In this document: piece after piece, positions 33,878-43,722 of the stretch
Layout of the letters: each line of letters begins with the position of its first letter
Position numbering within the stretch: the first letter of the stretch is position 1
NCBI GenBank assembly: GCA_964570655.1
Contig: CAZMYU010000003.1
Coordinates: forward strand, 34,325-98,324
DNA length: 64,000 nucleotides
DNA from: an uncultured Gammaproteobacteria bacterium
GTDB lineage: Bacteria > Patescibacteriota > Patescibacteriia > Patescibacteriales > UBA12465
Direction of reading: 5' to 3'
The notes under the pieces: model-generated
Database searches by the model: none
Seen by the model: only the letters and a program-made list of their open reading frames with translations
What the model was told of the DNA's origin: nothing
Made by a program: the position numbers and the translations under genes

Positions 33878-34432
33878 TTAAATTTCCATTATATCCTTTT
33901 CTTTAGCATCACGGATATTTTTTATTTCGTCATTATATTTAGTGGTCGTCTCATCTAACTCCTTAATGTAGCGAAACTTATCATCTTCGCTCATTTCTTT
34001 GGCTGAAAAAGCAGTTTCAATAGCAGTCTTAATTTCTTCGCGCACTTGGCGAATAGAAATCTTGGTTTTTTCTTGTTTTTCATTGACTCGCTTGACCAGC
34101 TCTTTGCGATTTTCCTCGGTCATCATCGGAATACTTATTCTAATTTTGTCGCCCTCATTAACTACTCCCAAATTCAAATTGGCATCGATAATCGCCTTCT
34201 CCACATCTTTCATAATATTTTTGTCCCAGGGAGAAATAGTCAGACTGCGAGAATCAGCCACCGACACATTGGCTAGGCCATTTAGCGGAGTATTGACTCC
34301 ATAGGCCTCCACATGGATACCCTCTAAAATCGCCGGATTAGCCCGACCGGTCCGAAGAGTAGCCAAATCTTTTTTGAAATAATCAATGGCCGCTAAAAAA
34401 TCGGGATTTTTCTCTTGTAAATAAATGTTCAT
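33878..34432 (-). CDS. frr: Ribosome recycling factor
   Basis: 184 aa. RTGRANPAILEGI, LTEENRKELVK-like (MTEENRKELVKRV), IRQVREE. Confidence 0.92.
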   Translation of the reverse strand: MNIYLQEKNPDFLAAIDYFKKDLATLRTGRANPAILEGIHVEAYGVNTPLNGLANVSVADSRSLTISPWDKNIMKDVEKAIIDANLNLGVVNEGDKIRISIPMMTEENRKELVKRVNEKQEKTKISIRQVREEIKTAIETAFSAKEMSEDDKFRYIKELDETTTKYNDEIKNIRDAKEKDIMEI

Positions 34433-34445
34433 ATAATCTTTTTAT

Positions 34446-34476
34446 CTGTCATCCCCAACTCGATTGGGGATCCAGG
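34446..34476 (-). promoter_or_regulatory. Conserved intercistronic hairpin motif CCTGGATCC-stem-loop-GGATGACAG (copy 2, upstream of frr)
   Basis: Minus strand CCTGGATCCCCAatcgagtTGGGGATGACAG ends 13 nt before the frr ATG. Flanks are identical to 20393-20422. Both spacers end in ATTAT-ATG. Confidence 0.7.
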
Positions 34477-34491
34477 ATTTTTATTTTTTAA

Positions 34492-35601
34492 TTATTTTTT
34501 TATTTTCATGACTCCCAAATAAATATTATTAGGATTATCAAAATCAACTAGTAGAGTCTGTCCGGCTCGAGTCGTGGGGAGTTCTTTGGTGATCCAACTA
34601 GATCCGCCATCGACTGATTTATAAAAAGTGGTGTTAGTTACATAATATATCTCTTGCGAATTTTTGGGATTAACGGCAATAGAATTAATATTGGTTTCTT
34701 TGTCAGGAGTGATTAATTTGATCTTGGTCCAACTATGACCACCATCTAAACTTTTTAACAAAACTTTGTCAGTAGCCAAAAATAAAGAATTATCTGAACC
34801 TGAAAATACCAGCCCCTTGAAATTAAAACCCAAATCGAATTCTCTAAGCTCACCATTTAGATCCGTCCAATTACTACCATCAAATTTATTTTTGTAATCA
34901 GCTAATTCTTCCAAATTTTTGGCGGCGCCAGAATCAAACAAATATAAACCAGTTTTGACCGAAGCAATTAGAACCAAATTATTGTTTTTAGGATTGATAA
35001 TAATTTTACGAACCCCATCATTGAGTCTCTGAATGGTTCGCCAACTAGTCCCAGCATCCAAGCTTTTGATGATTTCACCTCGAGAGGTGCCGATATAAAC
35101 ATCGCGAGTATCTGATCCATCAATCGCCACTGCCGTTACTTTAACATCCGAATTATTATCATAATAAATTTCTAAAAATGACCGAGCACAATCAGTAGAT
35201 TTATATAATTTATTGTTAGCCGCCGCGTAAATAGTACATTTGGCCTTGGGATCGATGGCTACGTCATTAATGGTAGTTTTAGGTAAACCATTGGCTTTCT
35301 GCCAACCATTTGTCACATTGTAAGTGAAATACAGGCCCTCATCAAAAGTAGCCATGTAAACCGCGGCACTATCCTCGGGATCAATAAATAATTCCTTGAT
35401 ATCAATACCGGCTACCGATCCAGCCTGACCACTTAGCCCCGAGACTCCTGATAAATTCCGCCAAGTATTCCCCTTATCGTCAGAAACAAAAATTCCGCCC
35501 AAATCTTTACCGGCCGCCCCCTGATTATTGACAGTGACTGAACAACCACCCAAAAATAATAGCGAGAAAACTAGCAACCAAGAATATTTTTTTATTTTCA
35601 T
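34492..35601 (-). CDS. BNR/Asp-box repeat beta-propeller lipoprotein (Ycf48-like)
   Basis: 369 aa. Lipobox LLFLGGCS. Repeated SxDxGxxW boxes (SDDKGNTW, SLDAGTSW, SLDGGHSW, SVDGGSSW). Confidence 0.75.
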   Translation of the reverse strand: MKIKKYSWLLVFSLLFLGGCSVTVNNQGAAGKDLGGIFVSDDKGNTWRNLSGVSGLSGQAGSVAGIDIKELFIDPEDSAAVYMATFDEGLYFTYNVTNGWQKANGLPKTTINDVAIDPKAKCTIYAAANNKLYKSTDCARSFLEIYYDNNSDVKVTAVAIDGSDTRDVYIGTSRGEIIKSLDAGTSWRTIQRLNDGVRKIIINPKNNNLVLIASVKTGLYLFDSGAAKNLEELADYKNKFDGSNWTDLNGELREFDLGFNFKGLVFSGSDNSLFLATDKVLLKSLDGGHSWTKIKLITPDKETNINSIAVNPKNSQEIYYVTNTTFYKSVDGGSSWITKELPTTRAGQTLLVDFDNPNNIYLGVMKIKK

Positions 35602-35605
35602 ATAA

Positions 35606-36610
35606 TTAAATATTTAGACTCACAAAATCTAAAATATTTTTATAATTAACATTAGCCGACAAATAAGTCTGAGCCAATTTTAGATGATTGATAATATTTT
35701 TAATACTCGCCAAGCTCTGTCTCTCGGCCAAATCAACCAATTCAGATTCCAAGGCAGTATGCTGGATCAAATTTAAAGAATCAGTTTTGATTAATAATAA
35801 ATCCCGAGTGACCGCCAGCCAAATATCTAAAATCGCCGACAAAATTTGTCGAGCCTCTTGGCCCTTTTTTTCCGAACCAGATAATAGATTGGTACTCACA
35901 ATAAAACGATCACTGAGTGATGAATTTAAAATATCTACAAAAACTCTTACCCGATTCTGATAATTATTATAAGACTCACTGTCTTCCAAAAATTTTAGAG
36001 CCAGGGCTGGACGACCCGAAGACAGGCGCGATAATTCCTTGGCTTGATTTTTGCTAGCTCCTCGATCAACTAAATAATCATAAATCAAATCAGCCTTGAT
36101 CGGACGAAAATTCAGAATCTGACTGCGAGAAATAATAGTTTTGAGCAAGGCATTCAAATCAGAAACAATCAAAATAATAACAGTCTTGTCTTGTGGTTCT
36201 TCCAGGAGTTTCAGTAGGGCGTTCATACTCTCCTCGCTCAGACTTTCCGCTTCTTTAATAATACCAATTTTGTAGGAATTAGCAAAAGAACCCATGCCGA
36301 GAATATGAATAAAATTGCGAACTTGTTCTACCTTGATCTCCTTGGCTCCCACTTCTCTTCTGAGCACGTGAACATCACCGGAAAATTCCAATTTTTCTGG
36401 ATCGATTCCTTCTATTTCTTCACGCCGCTTGGGATCAGATAGCAAAAGATTTTTGGCAAAGACATAGGCTGTGGCTGTTTTACCCAGATCTTCTGGACCA
36501 GCAAAAATATAAGTCTGAGCCAATTTTTGACTCAGAATGCCTTTGGTTAAAAATTCCACAATTTGCGAATTGCCCACTAGTGGCCAAGCAAATTGACTGC
36601 TTTTTTTCAT
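35606..36610 (-). CDS. holB: DNA polymerase III delta-prime subunit (clamp loader)
   Basis: 334 aa. AAA+ fold with degenerate P-loop GPEDLGKTATA, LLKLLEEP box, SRSQ sensor. Confidence 0.8.
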   Translation of the reverse strand: MKKSSQFAWPLVGNSQIVEFLTKGILSQKLAQTYIFAGPEDLGKTATAYVFAKNLLLSDPKRREEIEGIDPEKLEFSGDVHVLRREVGAKEIKVEQVRNFIHILGMGSFANSYKIGIIKEAESLSEESMNALLKLLEEPQDKTVIILIVSDLNALLKTIISRSQILNFRPIKADLIYDYLVDRGASKNQAKELSRLSSGRPALALKFLEDSESYNNYQNRVRVFVDILNSSLSDRFIVSTNLLSGSEKKGQEARQILSAILDIWLAVTRDLLLIKTDSLNLIQHTALESELVDLAERQSLASIKNIINHLKLAQTYLSANVNYKNILDFVSLNI

Positions 36611-36657
36611 AAAATTATGTTAAAATTATAGCATTTTTAAAGAAAAAATCAACCGCC

Positions 36658-36687
36658 CTGGAGCCTGGCTCCAGAGCCAGGCTCCAG
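36658..36687. repeat. Perfect 13-bp-stem GC-rich hairpin CTGGAGCCTGGCT-ccag-AGCCAGGCTCCAG
   Basis: In the divergent holB/purC spacer. Its 3' end directly abuts the TTGACT -35 of purC. Confidence 0.85.
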
Positions 36688-36716
36688 TTGACTTTCCAAG
36701 CATTTTTAATTACTAT
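36688..36716 (+). promoter_or_regulatory. Candidate purC promoter TTGACT-N17-TACTAT
   Basis: TTGACTttccaagcatttttaatTACTAT. purC has a strong SD (AAAGGAGG) 6 nt before the ATG. Confidence 0.45.
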
Positions 36717-36772
36717 ATATTATTAACAAAATGTACTTTTTAAAACTCACAAATAAATAAAAGGAGGACGTT

Positions 36773-37771
36773 ATGTCAAAAATTCCCCAACATTTACAAA
36801 AGGACCCCACTATCCAATATCTACTGGATCAAGGTTTAAAACTTCTGAGTCGCGGCAAAGTTCGGGAAACTTTCCGACTCGATGCTAATCGACTACTCGT
36901 CATTGCCTCGGACCGGATTAGCATCTTCGAATTCGTCTTGGGACGGACTATCGAAAAAAAAGGTGAAGTCCTGACCGCTTTAACGCACTTTTGGCTAACA
37001 GGAATTCTAAAAAAATTTCCCAATCATCTCCTGCGGGATGATATTTACGCCGTGGAAAAGGAATTGCCGGAACTGCCGAAATACCGCTGTCTGGTAGTCG
37101 AAGACCTCTCCCCCATGGACGAATTTGAATTGATTTTCAGGTTGTACCTGGGCGGATCAGTTTTCAAAGACTACCTGAAAGACGGCATCGTTTCTGGCCA
37201 AGCACTGCCACCTGGAATACAGAAATGGTCCAAGTTAGACGGACCAATGTTCACGCCATCAACCAAAGAAAAAGTCGGCCATGACATCAATGTCACTGCC
37301 GATACCTACTTTGATCAATATGGACTACCTGGTATAGAATTTGTGGAAATGCTTAAAAGGGCCTGTTTGATAGTGGAAAAATTCCTGGAAGACCGAGGGA
37401 TACTTTTACTGGACACCAAACTGGAAGGCTCCTGCGCCCTGGGCAAAATCGGAGACGAGGTCTTTACTCCGGACTCCAGTCGCTTCTGTGAAAAAGAAAA
37501 TTATCTCCAAGCCATGGCTGCTGGCATAGACCCGGCATTTATGGACAAGGAACCAGTGAGACTCTGGGGTAAAGGCATTAAAACTCCATTTGGAGTCACC
37601 GGCATCAATAATCTTGATCCGGAAAATGCCGAGCACCGAGCTTTTGTGGACCGACTGGGAATTCCTGATGAAATCGCCGAAATGACCACCAGAATCTACC
37701 TGAATTTATTCAAGCTAGTCACCGGCTTGTCACTGGACAATTACCAGCGCCAATTTATGACCAGGCCCTAA
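36773..37771 (+). CDS. purC: SAICAR synthase (long form)
   Basis: 332 aa. SRGKVRETFRL and LLVIASDRISIFEF signatures of phosphoribosylaminoimidazole-succinocarboxamide synthase. Confidence 0.85.
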   Translation: MSKIPQHLQKDPTIQYLLDQGLKLLSRGKVRETFRLDANRLLVIASDRISIFEFVLGRTIEKKGEVLTALTHFWLTGILKKFPNHLLRDDIYAVEKELPELPKYRCLVVEDLSPMDEFELIFRLYLGGSVFKDYLKDGIVSGQALPPGIQKWSKLDGPMFTPSTKEKVGHDINVTADTYFDQYGLPGIEFVEMLKRACLIVEKFLEDRGILLLDTKLEGSCALGKIGDEVFTPDSSRFCEKENYLQAMAAGIDPAFMDKEPVRLWGKGIKTPFGVTGINNLDPENAEHRAFVDRLGIPDEIAEMTTRIYLNLFKLVTGLSLDNYQRQFMTRP

Positions 37772-37774
37772 CCC

Positions 37775-37809
37775 AAAAAGGATGTTACTCAACATCCTTT
37801 TTAAATTTT
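37775..37809 (+). terminator. Rho-independent terminator after purC
   Basis: AAAGGATGTTactcAACATCCTTTttaaatttt. 10-bp stem followed by a T-run. Confidence 0.8.
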
Positions 37810-37880
37810 GACTTTTTCTAGAAACAATGTTTAAATAATCAGTTATTTAATCGCACATTAACATTTTAAAATTAATAATC

Positions 37881-39389
37881 ATGATTGAACGGTATTCAGA
37901 TCCGATAATCACTGAAATTTTTAGTGATCGGAACAAAGTTAATGGCTGGCAAGCCGTGGAGCTAGCCGTCATTTTAGCCCGGGTCAACTTGGGCCTTGTT
38001 GATAGAAAAATTTATGACGAGATCAAACGTCATTGGGATGAGAATCCTGTTAACTTGGATTGGTGGAAAGCCGAAGACAAGCGTATTCACCATGATCTTA
38101 ACGCTTTTATCAACGAAAGATTAAGATTTTTACCAGTAGAATTGCAACCCTACGTGCACGACCAGATTACCAGTTTTGATACTGAGGAATCGCCCTCAAT
38201 TTTGGCCATTGGCCAGGCTACGAAGGAAGTCGCCAGGCTTTTCTTTGAATTAACAAATACCCTGGAAGATCTGGCCAGAAAACATCGTTACACCCTAATG
38301 ATGTTTCGGACTCATGGTCAAAACGCCGAACTCGGCACATTGGGAGTCCGTTGCTTAAGCTGGCTAAGCAGTCTAAACATCGTGGCTAATAATTTATTGA
38401 CCGTGGCTGAAAGCAACTTAGGTTTTTCAAAAATTTCTGGACCAGTAGGAAATTATGGTGGAATTGATCCAGAACTAGAAACCGAAGCTCTAAAAATTCT
38501 GGGGCTTGATCCACTGATCAATGCCACTCAAATTCTACCCCGGACCCTACACGCTCCAATTGCCAATAATTTAGCCAACTTAGTTTTGGCTATTTCCAAA
38601 ATTGGCTTGGATATTCGACTGGGAGCCAGAAGTGGTCGACCAATCTTGCAAGAACCATTTGGCAAAAATCAAACCGGATCCTCGGCTATGCCGGGCAAGA
38701 AAAACACCATTCGCACCGAACAACTGGAAGGGCTGGCTAGAATGGCCCTGGGATATTCCATGATGATTTCCAACAATATTCCGACCTGGGAGGAAAGAGC
38801 TATTGAACAATCCTGTGTTGAAAGAGTGGCTTGGCCAGATCTATTCCATGTGACTGTTCAGGCCATCAAAGTCTTAACTGGAGTCTTGAAAAACCTTCAA
38901 GTTTTTCGGGACAATATGATTCTGGAAATCATTGATTCCCGAGGAACCTATGCTTCTAGCGAAGCCAAAGAATTTCTCAAAAAACACTTATGCCCCAAAG
39001 GCTTAACAGCCGAAGAAGTGTATCGCTTGGTTCAACTAGCTTGCTTTAATGTTTTGGAGCGAGACGACTCTTTAATACCAGAACCACCGATCAGTTGGCC
39101 TTCAAATTTTGGCTTGCATTACCAAATGATTTTTGATAACGACAAAGAAATTATTAGAACCAAGCCTACAATCCAATCAATTATCCATAAAGGATTTTTG
39201 AGAAAGTCCAACAGTCTCAACATTGAGCAAGAAAAAATTGATCATTACAATCGACTACTCAAAGAATTATTTGAGGATCACCAACTTACCCCAGAATGGG
39301 CAAAAATATTTGATCCTGAATACCTTCTACGCAACCAGGACTACCTATACAAAAGTCTGGACGCCAAGGATCAGGAGCATGATTTTTAA
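37881..39389 (+). CDS. purB: Adenylosuccinate lyase
   Basis: 502 aa. Fumarate-lyase signature GSSAMPGKKN, N-terminal MIERYSDPIITEIFSD typical of PurB. A possible TTGACT-N17-TTAAAT promoter lies at 37808-37836. Confidence 0.88.
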   Translation: MIERYSDPIITEIFSDRNKVNGWQAVELAVILARVNLGLVDRKIYDEIKRHWDENPVNLDWWKAEDKRIHHDLNAFINERLRFLPVELQPYVHDQITSFDTEESPSILAIGQATKEVARLFFELTNTLEDLARKHRYTLMMFRTHGQNAELGTLGVRCLSWLSSLNIVANNLLTVAESNLGFSKISGPVGNYGGIDPELETEALKILGLDPLINATQILPRTLHAPIANNLANLVLAISKIGLDIRLGARSGRPILQEPFGKNQTGSSAMPGKKNTIRTEQLEGLARMALGYSMMISNNIPTWEERAIEQSCVERVAWPDLFHVTVQAIKVLTGVLKNLQVFRDNMILEIIDSRGTYASSEAKEFLKKHLCPKGLTAEEVYRLVQLACFNVLERDDSLIPEPPISWPSNFGLHYQMIFDNDKEIIRTKPTIQSIIHKGFLRKSNSLNIEQEKIDHYNRLLKELFEDHQLTPEWAKIFDPEYLLRNQDYLYKSLDAKDQEHDF

Positions 39390-39405
39390 AAACAATCTTC
39401 CCTAC

Positions 39406-39445
39406 CAAAAACCACCAAACCCAATCGGGCTGGTGGTTTTAAATT
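39406..39445. terminator. Bidirectional terminator between purB (+) and the ligase-like gene (-)
   Basis: AAAAACCACCAaacccaatcgggcTGGTGGTTTTaaattt. Convergent gene ends lie on both sides. Confidence 0.75.
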
Positions 39446-39457
39446 TATTGCGATTAA

Positions 39458-41524
39458 TTATCTTTGACTCTCTATTTTAATCTGATTCAAGCCATTTTCC
39501 AATTTCTGCAGTAAATCTGTTTTTTTACTCTTAGCAAAATATTCTAACAACTTATCAGTAAAGGCTTCGGGGCGAAGTAGTTTTACTGACGAACCTTGAT
39601 TCAAGCAAATCTCGGCCCATTTATAAGCATTAACCTCATCTTCAAAATAATAATAAACATCAGCCATTTGACATTTAGCATCTAAATAAACCGGCCGAAT
39701 TTCTAGAGCTTTTTCGACTGATTTAATAGTTTCCGCCTTGTCCCCTCGAGTCAAATAAATATCAGCCCGAGTCAAATAATTAACATAACGCCCGGGCGAA
39801 GACATAATGGATTCCTCAATGGCTTGAGCTGAAATCTTGGAATAATAATTGAACTTGTCCAAATCCTTGTAATTAATTCGCGCGGCCAAATTGGCTACCT
39901 TAGCGAGTTGCAATTGCATCAAACTATCAAAACGATCATAGGCAACATTAGCTTCAGCTAGCGATACAGCATAATCGATCAAATCTTTAGCCGACTGCTC
40001 TGGCAAAGCATAAAGTATTCCTGGATTATCAGCCATCATATTAATTAAAGCACCCCGACTATCGCGATTATAGCCAACTCTATATTGAAAAGCCTTTTGG
40101 AAATTTAAAATTGCCGTCTTGGTATCTCCTTGGGACATACTCCCATAACCAGCGATATCAGCCACAAACATTTTGTAACCATTAATATTAAACTTAGTAA
40201 TACTAAACAAAGCGATAGCTCCAAACAGCACCAAGAGCCAAGCTTCTCGATCGGAGCTCATTTTTGATTTTTCTGAAGCTTCCTCCTCGCCGGCATAGTA
40301 CAAATAATAAACCAGACCCAAACACATAAAGAAAGAGATATAAGTAGATAGCGAATCAAATACTGCTAAATTTTGGACCAGGTAAGCCACAAACAAACCA
40401 CTGAGCACTGATAATTCCAGGGTGCTAATTTTTTTATAACGATAACCCCGCACCAAATAATAAACTAGGGCCACCAAAATACTCAAATACGCCAAAAGAC
40501 CGATGAGCCCAGTGGTGGAAGCAATATCCACAATATTATTGTGAGCTCGATCAAAATAAGTTTCACCCGGGGAAAAATCATAAAAACGAGGATCAAAATA
40601 TTTGTCAAAAATAATGGCATAGTTGCCATGGCCGACTCCCAAAATTGGATGCGACCAAAAATCTTTGTACGCCGCGGTCCAAGAAATTAATCGGGTATTC
40701 CAAGTGGAATTTTGCGAAGAAAAATCTCTCAGGGCCCGACCAATTTTGGTTCCGTCAAAGACCGGATTGAAACGGAAAGAAAAAAGCAACACCAAGCTCG
40801 CAATTCCTAGCACCAGTAAACTAAGACCAGCAATCTTTATTTTCTTATTTTTAGTCAGTAAAGAATAAATCAACACCAAAGTAAAGAGTCCCGCTGCTAA
40901 ACCAGCCTGAGAACCTGAAATATCAGCTCGTAAAAATCCGACTATCATCCACAAAGCCGAAACAACATAAAGCCAAATCCAATATTTTTTGAATTCAATA
41001 ATTTTCCACAAAGATATAAAAAAGCCAAAAATCATCAGCCCCGCCACATAAGCGGTGTTGCCAATAGTGGAGGCCGGATAATGTTTGACAAAACCTCGGA
41101 GAGTAATATAGGCCAAAACGCCCAAAAAGATATTGAAGAAAATCGACCAATCTTGCTTGGTTTTAAAAGCAGTAATAATAATCAAATAAAATATTAAAAA
41201 ATGCAGCAAATGAAAAAATCCTAACATTCTTTCAGCATTGCCCCAAAAACTAAGATTGAAATCAAAGCCCACAAAACAGGACAAAAGCACCGCCACAAAA
41301 TAAGCCACCAAGCCCCAAGTGACCAAAGATTTTTTGGGCCGATACTCTTTGAATTTGATAATAAACACCAACCAAATCGGCAAAAGCACCTCCATTAAAA
41401 TATTAAAAAATAATTGTTTAGAGGTAATATAAGGGAAAAGTAAATGAGCAAACACTAGCAAAAATGAAATTGGAGTAATAAATAAACCAACTTTTAAAAT
41501 CCACAAATAAGTTTTTTGGGTCAT
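39458..41524 (-). CDS. O-antigen ligase/Wzy_C-like polytopic membrane protein fused to C-terminal TPR repeats
   Basis: 688 aa. About 12 TM with a large external loop (HPILGVGHGNYAIIFDKYFDP). C-terminal roughly 250 aa are TPR-like (AILNFQKAFQY..., ALEIRPVYLDAKCQMADVYYY). Confidence 0.65.
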   Translation of the reverse strand: MTQKTYLWILKVGLFITPISFLLVFAHLLFPYITSKQLFFNILMEVLLPIWLVFIIKFKEYRPKKSLVTWGLVAYFVAVLLSCFVGFDFNLSFWGNAERMLGFFHLLHFLIFYLIIITAFKTKQDWSIFFNIFLGVLAYITLRGFVKHYPASTIGNTAYVAGLMIFGFFISLWKIIEFKKYWIWLYVVSALWMIVGFLRADISGSQAGLAAGLFTLVLIYSLLTKNKKIKIAGLSLLVLGIASLVLLFSFRFNPVFDGTKIGRALRDFSSQNSTWNTRLISWTAAYKDFWSHPILGVGHGNYAIIFDKYFDPRFYDFSPGETYFDRAHNNIVDIASTTGLIGLLAYLSILVALVYYLVRGYRYKKISTLELSVLSGLFVAYLVQNLAVFDSLSTYISFFMCLGLVYYLYYAGEEEASEKSKMSSDREAWLLVLFGAIALFSITKFNINGYKMFVADIAGYGSMSQGDTKTAILNFQKAFQYRVGYNRDSRGALINMMADNPGILYALPEQSAKDLIDYAVSLAEANVAYDRFDSLMQLQLAKVANLAARINYKDLDKFNYYSKISAQAIEESIMSSPGRYVNYLTRADIYLTRGDKAETIKSVEKALEIRPVYLDAKCQMADVYYYFEDEVNAYKWAEICLNQGSSVKLLRPEAFTDKLLEYFAKSKKTDLLQKLENGLNQIKIESQR

Positions 41525-41585
41525 ATTTTTAAAACCACCTTGCTTTTTAAGCCAGGACTAATTATAATAAGAATAATAAAATTAT

Positions 41586-42971
41586 ATGCTAAAAGCCAAA
41601 ATAAAACAAATCGGCCTACTCCTAGGAGATCTAGCCCTGCTTTATTTAGCCCTGTATTTGGCCATTTTAATTAGATATCTGCAAATACCAGATACCGACT
41701 TTTTTTATATGTCCGTAGAGCCTTTCAGCTGGCTTTTTATCATCTGGATTATCATTTTCTATATTAGCGGTTTGTATAGCCTCAAAAATCTATCCCGCTA
41801 TGACAAATTCTTAGAATTATTCCTAAAAGGCTGGGGAGCTGGGCTAATAGTTTCGATTATCTTCTTCTATTTATGGACTTTCAAAAATTTATCACCCAAG
41901 ACTACTCTTTTGATTTTTGCAGTTGTCTATGCCTTGCTCTTTTTGGGCTGGCGCTATCTAATTAGATATCTGTTTCGAGTGGGCTTCCCCAAAAACAATC
42001 TCGGCTTCATCGGCTACAATAATCAAGTCAAAGAAGTTATCGCTGAGCTCCGCCACAATCCCCAATTGGGTTATGCTCCTAAATTTATCGTAGTGACCGA
42101 AGATAATAGTCTCTCGCAAGAACTCTTGGCCGAAAATATTAGCGGAGTTAAGGTTTTCAAAGACGAAGACAATTTAGAGGAATTAGCTTCTCGTTTCAAT
42201 ATTAACAATTTTATTTTGGTCCAAAATTTATCCGAATCACCCCAGTGGCGCCGGAGATTATTTAATTGCCTACCACTCGGTATAAATTATATTGGTTTTA
42301 GTAATTTCTATGAACGGATTACCGGCCGAATCCCCTTGGAACTCATTAGTGAAAGCTGGTTTTTAGAAAACCTAGATCTAGCTGATAAAAAAATATTTGA
42401 ATTTGCCAAGAGATGTATCGATATTAGCTTGTCGCTAATTGCTGGCCTCATTTCCCTACCCTTTTGCCTCATCATCGCTCTAGCCATCAAAATCCAAGGA
42501 CCTGGACCAATTTTTTTCCGCTCAATGCGACTAGGAAAAAACAATATTCCTTTTAAAATTTACAAATTCCGCACCATGACTGTTAGTAATAACGACCAAA
42601 GTATGACTATCAAAAACGACCCGCGAATTACTCGGGTCGGCGGTTTCCTTAGAAAAACTAGATTAGACGAAATTCCGCAATTACTAAATATTTTGAAAAA
42701 CGATATGAGCCTAGTTGGTCCCCGACCAGAGCGTCCCGAATTTGTCGCTGAGCTCACCGAGCTAGTGCCCTTCTTTGATATTCGCACCCTGGTCAAACCT
42801 GGACTTTCTGGTTGGGATCAAATCTCTGGCGAATACCACTCGCCAATGCCTGAAGATACTCACAAAAAGCTCCAACACGATTTGTTTTATATCAAAAATC
42901 GCTCAGTCTTTTTGGATACAACTATCTTTTTAAAAACCATTAAAACCGTTCTCAATTATCAAGGCCGCTAA
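41586..42971 (+). CDS. Polyprenyl-phosphate glycosylphosphotransferase (second WbaP-type initiating transferase)
   Basis: 461 aa. 4 N-terminal TM, linker, sugar-transferase domain ([34 protein letters not shown]). Confidence 0.85.
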   Translation: MLKAKIKQIGLLLGDLALLYLALYLAILIRYLQIPDTDFFYMSVEPFSWLFIIWIIIFYISGLYSLKNLSRYDKFLELFLKGWGAGLIVSIIFFYLWTFKNLSPKTTLLIFAVVYALLFLGWRYLIRYLFRVGFPKNNLGFIGYNNQVKEVIAELRHNPQLGYAPKFIVVTEDNSLSQELLAENISGVKVFKDEDNLEELASRFNINNFILVQNLSESPQWRRRLFNCLPLGINYIGFSNFYERITGRIPLELISESWFLENLDLADKKIFEFAKRCIDISLSLIAGLISLPFCLIIALAIKIQGPGPIFFRSMRLGKNNIPFKIYKFRTMTVSNNDQSMTIKNDPRITRVGGFLRKTRLDEIPQLLNILKNDMSLVGPRPERPEFVAELTELVPFFDIRTLVKPGLSGWDQISGEYHSPMPEDTHKKLQHDLFYIKNRSVFLDTTIFLKTIKTVLNYQGR

Positions 42972-43719
42972 AAAATTGAGGAAGTTTAGCGAGCACCCGA
43001 CGCCAGATGAAAAATGCTGGCTTTTTTAATTGATTAATTTTCCAGGCCAATTTTAATTCTCGCCAACCTCTCATTCTTTGTCTTGGGCTACGACCACTCA
43101 AGCCCCCAGCTCTCATCCGCACTAAGACTTCTGGTAAATAATACACAGACATTTTATAAATCAATAGGAATCGCAAAATCATTTCATAGTCGCCAGCGAT
43201 CTTAAATTGTAAATTAAACCATTGCGGATGATTAGTATAAAATTCTTTTTTTACAAACAAAACTGGATGTGGAATAATCCAACCACTGGACAATTTTTTT
43301 GGTCGGTAACTGCCAGCTGACCAATGCCTAATTGTTTTTTGAAAATCATTGTTTTTAAAATAAACCAAGTCGCCATAAACTGCCGAAGTATCAGAATTTT
43401 TGGCAAAAGCTTTGGCCACTTTAGATAAAACCTGATTATCAAAATACAAATCATCCGAATTCAAAATGCCAATAATTTCCCCACTAGCTAGCGCCAGCCC
43501 CTTATTCATAGCATCATAGAGCCCTTGATCTTTTTCGGAGACCAAAATTATAGGAAATTGTTGTTGGTATTTTTGCACTATCTCAATTGTTCCATCTAGC
43601 GATCCGCCATCAATAATAATATATTCCAAATCTAAATAATCTTGACTAATGACCGATTCAATGGTTTGAGCAATAGTTTTGATCGAATTAAAGCTCGGAG
43701 TAATAATGGAAATTTTCAT
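42952..43719 (-). CDS. Glycosyltransferase family 2
   Basis: 255 aa. ISIITPSFNS, IIIDGGSLDGT, NSDDLY (DxD). Confidence 0.85.
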   Translation of the reverse strand: MKISIITPSFNSIKTIAQTIESVISQDYLDLEYIIIDGGSLDGTIEIVQKYQQQFPIILVSEKDQGLYDAMNKGLALASGEIIGILNSDDLYFDNQVLSKVAKAFAKNSDTSAVYGDLVYFKNNDFQKTIRHWSAGSYRPKKLSSGWIIPHPVLFVKKEFYTNHPQWFNLQFKIAGDYEMILRFLLIYKMSVYYLPEVLVRMRAGGLSGRSPRQRMRGWRELKLAWKINQLKKPAFFIWRRVLAKLPQFFSGLDN

Positions 43720-43722
43720 AAG

